In this document: one piece after another, positions 28,473 through 37,458 of the stretch
Layout: each line of letters starts with the position of its first letter
Numbering within the stretch: the first letter of the stretch is position 1
Translations under genes and position numbers: made by a program
NCBI RefSeq assembly: GCF_016278775.1
Contig: NZ_JADQBF010000028.1
Location: 13,579-77,578, forward strand
DNA from: Demequina sp.
GTDB taxonomy: Bacteria; Actinomycetota; Actinomycetes; Actinomycetales; Demequinaceae
Direction: 5' to 3'
DNA: 64,000 nt
The notes under the pieces: model-generated
Seen by the model: the letters and a program-made list of their open reading frames with translations, nothing else
Database searches by the model: none
Told to the model about the DNA's origin: nothing

Positions 28473-29651
28473 CTACGAAAGGCCCTGCGGCAGATCCCCT
28501 TGGTGATCCGGCCGTAGCTTCTCGTTGAGAAGGCCGGAGTACGCAGCAACAACAATCGATGTCGTGATGTAGCCGACCACGTCGTCCTCGTGTTGGACCA
28601 CACACACCGCCTCCGGCTCAAGTTCCGGATTGAAGAACAGCAATGGGTCAACGTCGCCCCCGTAGAAGCGCGGAATCGGAGTAGCACTGAGGAGCGGTCG
28701 AAGCAGGTTGCCCAGAGGCGTATGCGGTTCCATGAGCAGTGCGAGGGGCGGCACATACCCGACGAGGCGGTCACCGTCCCACACCAGCGCGCCCGTCTCG
28801 CCGTCCGTTCGATTGAGGTCCGTCGCCTGTTGCGCGACAGTGCCGCGCACCGCAGGCGTGACGAACGGTGCCACGTCAAAGGTACGCAGATGCCGCCCTC
28901 GACGGAGCACGACAAAGTCGACTGCATTGACGATCAGCGGCCCCAACGAGATCGAGACGAGCCAATGAAGCTGATAACTGAACGCAGCTGCGGAGGTCGC
29001 GGAAAAGTCGATCAGCGGCAAGACCAAGACGCCAGCAATGGCCGACCCGGCCGCGAGCTCTGACACCCAGAAAAGCAGCCCCCATTTCACGGCCGAGAAA
29101 TGGAAGGCACGGTAGACGGGCGCGAATGCCTGCCGAAGTCTTCTCACGGCGTAGTGGAGTGCGACGATGGCCGCCGGGGTCAAGAGAGCCGTGGTCGCGA
29201 CTGCGTTGGGAACCGACCCGCCGCGCGCGAGCCAACCCCAGACCACGAGGGCCGTCGCGATGCATGCGATCGCCATGGAGGACGCGCGTGCGGCTCGGAG
29301 CATCTCGTCCACGGACACGGGGTTCTCAGGACTGGCACGCCTGGCGCGCTCCACGCCAGTCTCGTCCCACACATAGCCTGCTACGGGTGGTGCGACCGGC
29401 CTCTCAACCGCCCAGGCCACCGCCAAACACAGGGCGGTCACCACTATGACCGCCACCACGGTCACTCCAAGGAATGCGATGAGGAAGGCCAAGAACCTGA
29501 CGCTGAAGACTGGGAGGTCGACCAAGAAGAAGACCGAAGCCACCAGCGAAACGGCCACTGCCCACAGCGCGTTCTTGAGGCCCATCGACACGTACGCGTA
29601 CGGTACCTGCCTGCGAATCGGCTTCCACACGTAGAAGTACTCATGAAGCAT
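28473..29651 (-). CDS. Multi-pass membrane protein with possible C-terminal CBS-like domains
   Basis: ~6 hydrophobic segments followed by ALVWDGDRLVGYV and VCVVQHEDDVVGYIT segments; start uncertain. Confidence 0.55.
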   Translation of the reverse strand: MLHEYFYVWKPIRRQVPYAYVSMGLKNALWAVAVSLVASVFFLVDLPVFSVRFLAFLIAFLGVTVVAVIVVTALCLAVAWAVERPVAPPVAGYVWDETGVERARRASPENPVSVDEMLRAARASSMAIACIATALVVWGWLARGGSVPNAVATTALLTPAAIVALHYAVRRLRQAFAPVYRAFHFSAVKWGLLFWVSELAAGSAIAGVLVLPLIDFSATSAAAFSYQLHWLVSISLGPLIVNAVDFVVLRRGRHLRTFDVAPFVTPAVRGTVAQQATDLNRTDGETGALVWDGDRLVGYVPPLALLMEPHTPLGNLLRPLLSATPIPRFYGGDVDPLLFFNPELEPEAVCVVQHEDDVVGYITTSIVVAAYSGLLNEKLRPDHQGDLPQGLS

Positions 29652-29793
29652 GGAGACCTTCCCCCCAACACTGGCCGGCGAAGCAAGCCTAGCCGCGACG
29701 CCCCTGACAGGTATGCCTACCCGAGAAGTGCGCGGTGCGAGATCAGGGACTCCCCCCATAGCGGCGCGTGTGTCGTGCACGTACCGTGAGCGC

Positions 29794-30399
29794 ATGCACC
29801 GCTCCGTTGTCGTCGGCTCCGCCTTGGCGGGCCCCCTGCTCGCGGGCGTCGGCATGTCCTTTGGTCAAACCGTCGCGCCAGATTTGCTGCATCCCTTGTT
29901 CAACTCTGCCGCTCCAGTCGTGGCGGTCGCTGCGGCAACGGCGCTCGCTGGCCGACGCCTGTGGCATGCGGTGGCGCTCGCGGCTCTTGCCGGGCCACTG
30001 GTGATGGTCGGGTACTACGCGACGGCGGCGGTGCGGGGCTTCGGGGTGTCCTCCTCGTGGATCGTGTTCTGGTGCACGGTCGGGGTGGCCGTGGGCGCAG
30101 TCATGGGCGCGGCCACGTGGACCCTTCGCGGCGCAGGCAACCAGGCGCGGTCGCCCTCCTGGCTCGGCCTCGCTGCCGCCGTGTGGCCGGGGATTGCGGT
30201 GGGCGAGGCGGCACACGGGATCGCGCGCATCGCCGATTCCACCCCGGTAGGGTATTGGTGGTCCGAGGTGGCCGTGGGGTTGGCGGTGCTGGCCGCGCTC
30301 TGCGCGATGCGGGTGCGCTCGCCACGGGGCATCGTCTTGGCGGTGCTCGCCGCTACGGTGATCGCTGGCGGGCTGTTCAGCACCTACGGCGTGCTGTAG
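29794..30399 (+). CDS. DUF6518-like membrane protein
   Basis: Hydrophobic throughout; LFNSAAP, VGYYAT, WIVFWCTVGV, GIAVGEA. Confidence 0.65.
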   Translation: MHRSVVVGSALAGPLLAGVGMSFGQTVAPDLLHPLFNSAAPVVAVAAATALAGRRLWHAVALAALAGPLVMVGYYATAAVRGFGVSSSWIVFWCTVGVAVGAVMGAATWTLRGAGNQARSPSWLGLAAAVWPGIAVGEAAHGIARIADSTPVGYWWSEVAVGLAVLAALCAMRVRSPRGIVLAVLAATVIAGGLFSTYGVL

Positions 30400-30446
30400 A
30401 CGTCGCGGCCGCGGAGGATTGCGCGGATGAGCTGGCGGACCAGGTG

Positions 30447-30860
30447 CTACTTCGCCGACAGCTTGATGGCCAGGACGCTCGCAACCCGGGCGAGATCTGT
30501 CGAGTCTCGCACCTCAATTGAGACCGGAAGGACCTTGCCCATCATGGGCTCGACAGCGATCCGCTCTTGCAACTCGTGGGGAATCGCCTCCGAGTCGGTG
30601 AGAACTTCGCGATGACGCTGCGCAAAGTAGAACGCGATCTTCAGCAGGTCCTCTTCCACGGCAAGCCACGCCACCGTTGTCTTGCCGCGCGAGGCTCTCG
30701 CAAGCCATCCGCCGTCCCGGTAGTACCGCCACGAGACCGATGCGCTGGCGTCTTCGAACAGTGCGACTGCCTGCGCCCACACGTCGGCGCTGGAGCCAAG
30801 CGCTTCACGAATCCGCGCGTCGGTGGGCTCAATGGAGGCTTCTTTGAATGCCGATCCCAT
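30447..30860 (-). CDS. DUF3788-like protein
   Basis: WRYYRDGGWLARASRGKTTVAWL pattern, C-terminal IKL. Confidence 0.75.
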   Translation of the reverse strand: MGSAFKEASIEPTDARIREALGSSADVWAQAVALFEDASASVSWRYYRDGGWLARASRGKTTVAWLAVEEDLLKIAFYFAQRHREVLTDSEAIPHELQERIAVEPMMGKVLPVSIEVRDSTDLARVASVLAIKLSAK

Positions 30861-30993
30861 GGAACGAGCGTGCCAAAGCCTGGGACCGACGTCTGGGACC
30901 AAAGCCCTTCGCCGCGGGCGCGTCCGCTGGAACGGCATCGCTCCGTTGCGCGTTGTCGTCTCACCACTGCGGTCCGTCCACACCGGAGGTCTC

Positions 30994-31656
30994 GTGTCCG
31001 CACACCTCAGCGACACCATCGCAAGCCAAGTCGACGCCTACTGCCACCTTGGCTATCCCCGGTTCGCCGGCATCACTGAAGAGGATTTCCGCGAACTGGC
31101 CGCGCCGCTCATCGACCGCGCTGCCGTGCTTCCCCACGACCAGGAGCCAGCCTCTGCCGGACGACTGGCCGCGCTACTCGTAGTGACCCGGGCCCTCATC
31201 AGCGACGAGGCCAGAGTCCCGCTGCTGCGGCTTGTGGACTCGGACTGCAAGGGCGTGCTGGACCGCAATCACTCGTCCGACGCCCGCCAGGGTCTCGCGC
31301 ACTACCTCCCGCGCCCAGAGCTCGCGGTGCCCGACGCACCCCTCTACCTGCTCGTCGGCGTCGAGCGCGGCGACGAGTACCGCGACATCACGCCCCGCGA
31401 CGCGCTGCCCGCCATCGCTCAGCGGGGCCGAACGCCGCTCACTATCGACGAGGGCATCTCACTCGCCACGGTCGCTCCCGAGTTGCTCGCCAAGAACCAC
31501 TGCTTCATGCTGGCGGGCTCCACTCGCGGCGACAAGCGGGTCCCTGCACTGTGGATTTCGGATAAGGCACCCAAACTCGGCTGGTGCTTCGACCGTGTGC
31601 CGCACTCGTGGCTGGGAGTGGCTTCGGCGTCGTCCAGGGTGGGTGCCGCTACTTAG
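30994..31656 (+). CDS. DUF5701-like protein
   Basis: GRTPLTIDEGISL, KNHCFMLAGS.RGDKRVPALW, PKLGWC..SWLGVASA; GGAGG RBS. Confidence 0.75.
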   Translation: MSAHLSDTIASQVDAYCHLGYPRFAGITEEDFRELAAPLIDRAAVLPHDQEPASAGRLAALLVVTRALISDEARVPLLRLVDSDCKGVLDRNHSSDARQGLAHYLPRPELAVPDAPLYLLVGVERGDEYRDITPRDALPAIAQRGRTPLTIDEGISLATVAPELLAKNHCFMLAGSTRGDKRVPALWISDKAPKLGWCFDRVPHSWLGVASASSRVGAAT

Positions 31657-32050
31657 CCGCGAGCACGTCCACTGCGAACACCAGGGTGGATCCACCGGGA
31701 ATGGGACCCATCGAGCGGTCGCCGTAGCCCGCCTCCGGCGGAACCACCAGCAGCACCTTGGAGCCGACCGGCTGGCCCACCAGGCCGTCCACCCAGCCGT
31801 CGATCAGCGAGCCGCGTGCGATGCCGAAGGAGATGGGCTCGCCGCGGTCCCACGACGAATCGAACTGCGCGCCGTCCCACAGCCACCCCGTGTAGTGCAC
31901 GGTGATCTGCTGGCGCTCGACCACGGCCGGACCGTCCCCGGTCTCCAAGACCTCGACGACCAGACCGTCGGGCTTGCTCGCGCCGGTGAAGTCGACGGAG
32001 GGCGCACCCTTGGCGTCACGGGTGATCTGGGGAAGGGTGGCGTCGGACAT
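31649..32050 (-). CDS. FKBP-type peptidyl-prolyl isomerase
   Basis: VHYTGWLWDGAQFDSSWDRG, LIDGW, VPPEAGYG, IPGGSTLVFAVD. Confidence 0.95.
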   Translation of the reverse strand: MSDATLPQITRDAKGAPSVDFTGASKPDGLVVEVLETGDGPAVVERQQITVHYTGWLWDGAQFDSSWDRGEPISFGIARGSLIDGWVDGLVGQPVGSKVLLVVPPEAGYGDRSMGPIPGGSTLVFAVDVLAAK

Positions 32051-32108
32051 GGCTGCTCCTCAAGGTTGGGTCAGAATCCACCATAGGCGAAGCGGCCCAC
32101 GTGAGACG

Positions 32109-32393
32109 TCAGCCGATGAGTCGCTTGAGTTCCGCGATGTGACCCGCGTAGGCCTGGGCGCCTATCTTGGTGAATGCCAGCCGCTTGCGCGACCGCCCCC
32201 CGGACTTGTACGTCTTGACCGCCACGTAGCCCTCGTCTGCTAGCACCTTCACGTGCTTGCTGAGCACTGAGTCACTGATGCCCAGATCCTCGCGCACGGC
32301 CGCGAAGTCGATGGCGTCGACCTCAGCGAGCATGGCGCACAGTTGCAGACGTGTGGCGGCGTGGATGGTGGAATCGAACCGTGGCGCGGTCAT
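32109..32393 (-). CDS. Small winged-HTH regulator (MarR/ArsR-like)
   Basis: FDSTIHAATRLQLCAML..ISDSVLSKHVKVLADEGYV; ATGA overlap with the upstream gene. Confidence 0.88.
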   Translation of the reverse strand: MTAPRFDSTIHAATRLQLCAMLAEVDAIDFAAVREDLGISDSVLSKHVKVLADEGYVAVKTYKSGGRSRKRLAFTKIGAQAYAGHIAELKRLIG

Positions 32394-32848
32394 GAGCCCG
32401 CGAGTACCCGTGCCACGGCACGGCGGTTGATCCATCGATAGCCACCCAGGATCACGCCGGCCGCGATGACGGCTGTCACGACAGGGATCCCGTCCCACCA
32501 CCGGGCCCCAGCGATCATGCCCAGCGTGAAGACGCCGAGCGTGACCACCAGCACCACCAGGTGCAAAGGGTCGAAGGTACGACGTGTATTGCCGCCGGCC
32601 ACGATCCCCGTGCGGCGGCGCCTGGCCTCGACCATGCCCAGGAAGACAATGGCCCAGCCGGATATCACCATGGTGGTCCACGGCGGGCTCGTGTAGGCAA
32701 TGAGCGCCATGAAGATGCCGATGCTCACCGCCTCGCCCGCGTCCCATTGCCACGGCACTCGGATGCGGCGAGCGATCGCCTCGCGACCGGCGCGGGTGCT
32801 GGCGAGCGCATCGGCGGGGCTCAGTTCTGAGGTCTCGTCGTTTTCCAT
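32390..32848 (-). CDS. Small four-TM membrane protein
   Basis: LSPADALAST..RRIRVPWQWD then four hydrophobic helices; coupled to the HTH gene. Confidence 0.75.
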   Translation of the reverse strand: MENDETSELSPADALASTRAGREAIARRIRVPWQWDAGEAVSIGIFMALIAYTSPPWTTMVISGWAIVFLGMVEARRRRTGIVAGGNTRRTFDPLHLVVLVVTLGVFTLGMIAGARWWDGIPVVTAVIAAGVILGGYRWINRRAVARVLAGS

Positions 32849-32886
32849 AGTGGAAAGTTAGGACATGACTTTCCATATTGTCAAGT
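32842..32886 (-). promoter_or_regulatory. Leaderless promoter with two dyad operators
   Basis: TTGACA (32884-32879)-N18-TAACTT (32860-32855), ATG at 32848; boxes TTTCCA-TAG-TGGAAA (32842-32856) and ACTTTCCA-TAT-TGTCAAGT (32868-32886). Confidence 0.65.
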
Positions 32887-32958
32887 GAGTCCTATCGAGT
32901 GAGACATGCCGCACCACAGCGGATCCAGTCCCGACGGACGCATCGCGGACGGTCCGGC

Positions 32959-34020
32959 TTACCCGCCGAGGTGCACGCCCTTATCCACGCCCACTCCGCG
33001 GCGCGTGACCCACAGACTCGTGGCCGTCACCACACCCAGGATGCCCACAATCACGCCAAGCGACGCCAGCGTGGGGATCTCGGGCGTGGCTGGCCAGATG
33101 CCGTGCGCCCAGTGCAGCGCCAGCTTGGCGCCGATGAAGAACAGGATCGCGGCGAGGCCGTAGCCCAGGTGCACGAGTCGCGATAGGGCCCCTTCCAGCA
33201 CAAAGTAGAGGGCGCGCAGGCCCATGAGCGCGAAGGCGTTCGTGACAAACACCAGGTAGGGGTCGCCGGTGATGCCGTACACGGCTGGCACGGAGTCCAC
33301 AGCGAACACCACGTCTGTCGACATCACCGCGATGACCACCAGCAGCAGGGGGGTGACCGCGCGTCGGCCGTGCTCGCGCACGGAAAACTTGGTGCCGCGG
33401 TAGGAGTTGGTCACGGGCCAGAACTTGCGGATGATGCGCACGGAGCGCAGCTGGTCTGGATCGACCTCGTTCTCGTCACCATCGATCGCGTCGCGCAGCA
33501 CCTTGACGGCGGTCGCGACCAAGATGAGGCCGAACAGCAGGAACGTCCAGTCGAAGCGCTGGAGCATCTCTGCGCCAAGCGCGATGAACACGCCGCGCAG
33601 CGCCAGGGCGCCCACCACGCCGATCAGCAGCACCCGCTGCTGCAACTCCCTGGGCACCGCGAACGCCGCAAGCAGCAGCATGAACACGAACAGGTTGTCC
33701 ACCGACAGCGACTTCTCCACGAGGTAGCCCGTGTAGTACTCGATGCCAGTGGTGCTGTCGTGCGCAGCAATGACCCACACGCCAAAGAGGAGCGGCAGCG
33801 CGATGTAGATGATCGACCACTTGACGGCCTCGCGCATCGAGACCTCGTGGGGCTTGTGGGTGACCAAGAAGTCCAGGACCACGACGACGAGCACGGCCAC
33901 CAACGTCCCTGCCCACAGCAAAGGGGTGCCGATGGTCGGATGGGGGGCCACCGCGTCGGCGACCGACGCGAGGGGTGCGGCCGTCGCGAAAGGCGAGGCA
34001 AGAAGGGGGACAGTCAACAA
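32959..34020 (-). CDS. alx: TerC/Alx family metal homeostasis membrane protein
   Basis: YLVEKSLSVDNLFVF, QQRVLLIGVVGALALRGVFI, DVVFAVDSVPA, NAFALMGLRALYF; TTG start after GAGGAG. Confidence 0.93.
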   Translation of the reverse strand: MLTVPLLASPFATAAPLASVADAVAPHPTIGTPLLWAGTLVAVLVVVVLDFLVTHKPHEVSMREAVKWSIIYIALPLLFGVWVIAAHDSTTGIEYYTGYLVEKSLSVDNLFVFMLLLAAFAVPRELQQRVLLIGVVGALALRGVFIALGAEMLQRFDWTFLLFGLILVATAVKVLRDAIDGDENEVDPDQLRSVRIIRKFWPVTNSYRGTKFSVREHGRRAVTPLLLVVIAVMSTDVVFAVDSVPAVYGITGDPYLVFVTNAFALMGLRALYFVLEGALSRLVHLGYGLAAILFFIGAKLALHWAHGIWPATPEIPTLASLGVIVGILGVVTATSLWVTRRGVGVDKGVHLGG

Positions 34021-34049
34021 ACGGGGTCTCCTCAGAACACTGTAGCTCT

Positions 34050-34153
34050 GAGGTCTCCTTCACCTTCCGCATGTGCTGGCGGCTGGCGCCCGCTCGGGAA
34101 CATCGTGGGATGTTCGTATTGACCGAAACGGAACTTGAGAAGTACTCCCCTCG
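34050..34153 (-). ncRNA. yybP-ykoY manganese riboswitch
   Basis: Minus strand GAGGGGAGUA (34152-34143), GUCAAUAC (34123-34116) and GGAGACCUC (34058-34050) in the expected order upstream of a TerC/Alx gene. Confidence 0.85.
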
Positions 34154-34636
34154 TGGCCCACTGTACGGGATTTCGAGCGACGGTGAGCGCGAGAGCCACG
34201 CCACCCGCCTCGACAAACTCACTGGGTGCACCGCGATCAAGTTCGATCATCGGAGCACGGTGGCGTTCCTGGCCTACCGTGCGGGTCGGGTGGCTCCAAC
34301 ACCGACGGCTTCCGCGGCGGCTTTCACCGCTACGAGGACGCGACGGACCGCATCACTCGCACCATGGTGAACACGACAATCACGGCGGTGGGCCATCGAA
34401 GGTGGACCGCGGCTCGGCGTTCTGTCAGGCCGTCAATGCCGATGGGGCTCTGTTCCAGACGGGGGCATGGTGCTGCCTGTGGTCGGGTAGAGAGAGATCC
34501 CGTCGGCCTCGCGCCGCGTCGGCGAGTCAGTTCGTCTGCGCTTGACGCGCACCACCCTGAGTCGCACGCCATCACCGCGTGACGGGTGTCGTCAGAGCCG
34601 AGCAACACCTTCCATTTCCAATCTATATCGCACTGG

Positions 34637-34655
34637 GGGGCTTGCGGCAAGGCCC
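34637..34655 (+). promoter_or_regulatory. Rifamycin-associated element (RAE)
   Basis: GGGGCTTGCGGCAAGGCCC, 19-bp palindromic motif ~100 bp upstream of helR. Confidence 0.9.
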
Positions 34656-34754
34656 CCCTGACGGCGCACACTTGTCGACCGACACCGGGAGCGGCGCCGC
34701 GTCTGCGGCGGATCCGCCACTATCGCCTGGTTGAGGACGAACGGAGTTGATCAC

Positions 34755-36985
34755 GTGCATCCCCCCACCAGCAGTGTGTTCGACCTTGCCCCTCGCCTCG
34801 CCGCCAAGGCAAGTCCCGAACTCATTGCCGATGATGAGCTCCACTTCGAGGCGATGTCGGCGGCTCTCCGCCACACGATTGACGACCTATCGCTCCGCCT
34901 GGACGACGCGCGCAGGGGCCCGGGTGGCCACGGTCAGCAGGCGATGGACAGGGACATGGAGGTCCATCGCCTCACCGCGCGCCTGAAGACTCTGGAGCGC
35001 TTCGGTCTTGACCTGTGCCTGGGACGCATGGTCAGCGCCAGTCACGGCGAGCCGGTCTATGTGGGGCGCCTTGGCCTCCAGGACGCCGCTGGGCGCAGGC
35101 TGCTCGTCGACTGGCGCTCACCGGCGGCGGAACCGTTCTTTGGCGCGACGCATGCCAACCCGATGGGACTGGCAAGCCGCAGGCGATATCACTGGACACG
35201 TGGGCAGATCACCGACTACTGGGACGAGGTGTTCGAGAACGAGGCCCTCGTGATCGCGGGCGTTGGAGCGCGCGCGGCGCTCGACGACCAGTCGAGGTTC
35301 ATCGCAAGCCTCGGCGCGAGCCGCTCGCCGCACATGAGGGACGTGCTGGCCACCATCGCCGCGGACCAGGACGCCATTATCCGGGCCGGATCCCGCGGCG
35401 CGCTCGTAGTCGACGGCGGGCCAGGCACGGGCAAGACAGTGGTCGCCCTGCACCGCACCGCGTATCTCCTCTATTCGGATCCGCAACTGGCGCGCAACAG
35501 GGGCGGTGTCCTGTTCATCGGCCCGCACCGGGCCTACCTGGACTACGTCTCCGACGTGCTGCCAAGCCTCGGCGAGGAGGGCGTGCGAACGTGCACGCTG
35601 CGCGACCTCGTGCCCGAGGGACCGGATGCTGTGCTCGAGCCCCATGCGGAAGTGGCGCAAGTCAAGGCCGCTCGCAACTACTCGATGCGATCGAACCCGC
35701 CGTGCGGCTCTACGAGCAGCCGCCGACCGAGACCTTCGAGGTGGAGACTTCGTGGGGCGACGTGGTGCTCGGCGGAGACGAGTGGGCTCTGGCCTTCGAC
35801 GCTCCCGAGCCAGGAACGCCTCACAACGACGCCAGGGATCAGGCGTGGGAGGCACTAGTCACGATCGTGGCGGACAAACTTCGCGATCAACGTGACGAGG
35901 ACGATGGGGACGGCGACTCCAGCGCGAGCGAAGACTTCGATGCGTATGGAATGGTCACCGAGGATCCGCGTGCGCAAGTTCGGCGCGCCATGGCGAGTAA
36001 CCACGAGCTTTCCCGTGTGTTCGGCCGTGCGTGGCCGCTCCTTGATCCGGCGGAGATTGTCGGCGACCTCTGGTCAGTGCCCGCGTACCTCGCGATGTGT
36101 GCGCCGTCGCTCTCATCTCAGCAGGTGGCCGCTCTCCAGCGTGCCGACCCGACAGCGTGGACAGTGTCCGACCTGCCAATCCTGGACGCGGCCAGGCGCA
36201 GGCTGGGCAACCCGGCCGCGTCGCGGCGCTCTCGTGAGCGCAAGGCCGCCAGCACCGCTGAACGCGAGCGCATGGCGGAGGTGGTGGGCGATCTGATCGC
36301 CACCGACGACTCCGAACTTCACGTCATGTCGATGCTGCGTGGACAGGACCTGAGGGCCACGCTCGCAAACGCAGGCGCGGAGCCCATCAATGGCCGCGAT
36401 GTACTTTCCGGGCCGTTCGCGCACATCGTCGTCGACGAGGCTCAGGAACTCACGGACGCCGAGTGGCGGATGCTGCTATCCCGCTGCCCCTCGCGTAGCT
36501 TCACTATCGTCGGCGACCGCGCCCAGGCACGCCGCGGCTTCGCGGAGTCTTGGCGTGAGCGCCTCGAACGGATCGGCCTCGACCTGATCGAGGTCTCCAC
36601 ACTGAGCATCAACTACCGAACTCCTGCCGAGGTCATGGAAGAGGCAGAGCCGATCATCAAGGACGCAATCCCCGACGCGAACGTTCCCACCTCGATTCGC
36701 ACCACGGGCGTACCCGTCGTGCATGCGCCGACCCACGACCTCGACGCGATTGTCGATCGCTGGCTCGCCGAGCACATCGACGGCATCGCTTGCGTCATCG
36801 GCGATCCCCGATATCGGGCGACGTCGCGCGTCAGTTCGCTGACCCCCGAGCAGGCCAAGGGGCTCGAGTTCGATTTGGTCGTGTTGGTCGAGCCGCAGGC
36901 GTTGGGGATCGGAATCGAGGGTGCAGTGGATCGCTATGTCGCGATGACAAGGGCGACGCAACGCCTGGTGGTTCTCACCGCCTAG
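34755..36985 (+). pseudogene. helR: RNA polymerase recycling motor ATPase HelR (HelD family), frameshifted near 35661-35675
   Basis: 5' part (LAAKASPELIADDE..FGLDLCLGRMV, LVDWRSP, Walker A GGPGTGKT) is in the 34731-35858 frame; 3' part (AIEPAVRLYEQPP, HIVVDEAQELTD, VGDRAQAR, NYRTP, KGLEFD, YVAMTRATQRL) is in the 35015-36985 frame. Confidence 0.88.
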
Positions 36986-37068
36986 CGAGCTTCCTCTCGG
37001 AAAGGGCCCATCCAGGGCGCTCGTTTGCACTCCGACTCACCTGAGCCGCTGGCGCGGCGTCGCTCGAC

Positions 37069-37425
37069 CTACGTGACATCCGCCAATGCCCCAGTCACCT
37101 CATAGAACCGCACGAGGAAGGCCCGCTCGTCGAGGCGCCTGCGCCGCAACCAGTGCGTCACCTCTTCGTTGCACTTGCTCGCGTTGCAGGACCTGCACGC
37201 CGGGACGACGTTGTCGAGCGTGTAGCGCCCGCCGCGCGAGATGGGAAGCACGCAGTCGCGCTGGAGCGACGCCCCGGCAGACGCCTGGGCTCCGCAATAC
37301 GCGCAGCCTCCCCACGCGGCGAGGATCGCGTTCCACTGCGCGGGGGTGAGGTCGTTGTCGGCAGCGTCGACTCTGCGCTTGCGCCTGCGGGCGGCGCGGG
37401 CTCGACGGGTGTGGCTGACGGCCAT
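37069..37425 (-). CDS. Small HNH endonuclease-like protein
   Basis: CAYCG..LQRDCVLPISRGG..DNVVPACRSCNASK. Confidence 0.88.
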   Translation of the reverse strand: MAVSHTRRARAARRRKRRVDAADNDLTPAQWNAILAAWGGCAYCGAQASAGASLQRDCVLPISRGGRYTLDNVVPACRSCNASKCNEEVTHWLRRRRLDERAFLVRFYEVTGALADVT

Positions 37426-37458
37426 GTTCGTCAGGGTACGGCGCCACCGGTGTTCCGG

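Noticed and set aside
24257-32050. Accessory gene run as a prophage or integrative element
   Set aside because: No integrase, transposase, tRNA, phage or conjugation genes and no long terminal repeats seen.
37024-37051. TTTGCACTC resembling a CIRCE half-site
   Set aside because: No matching GAGTGCTAA half-site at N9 spacing and no chaperone gene downstream.
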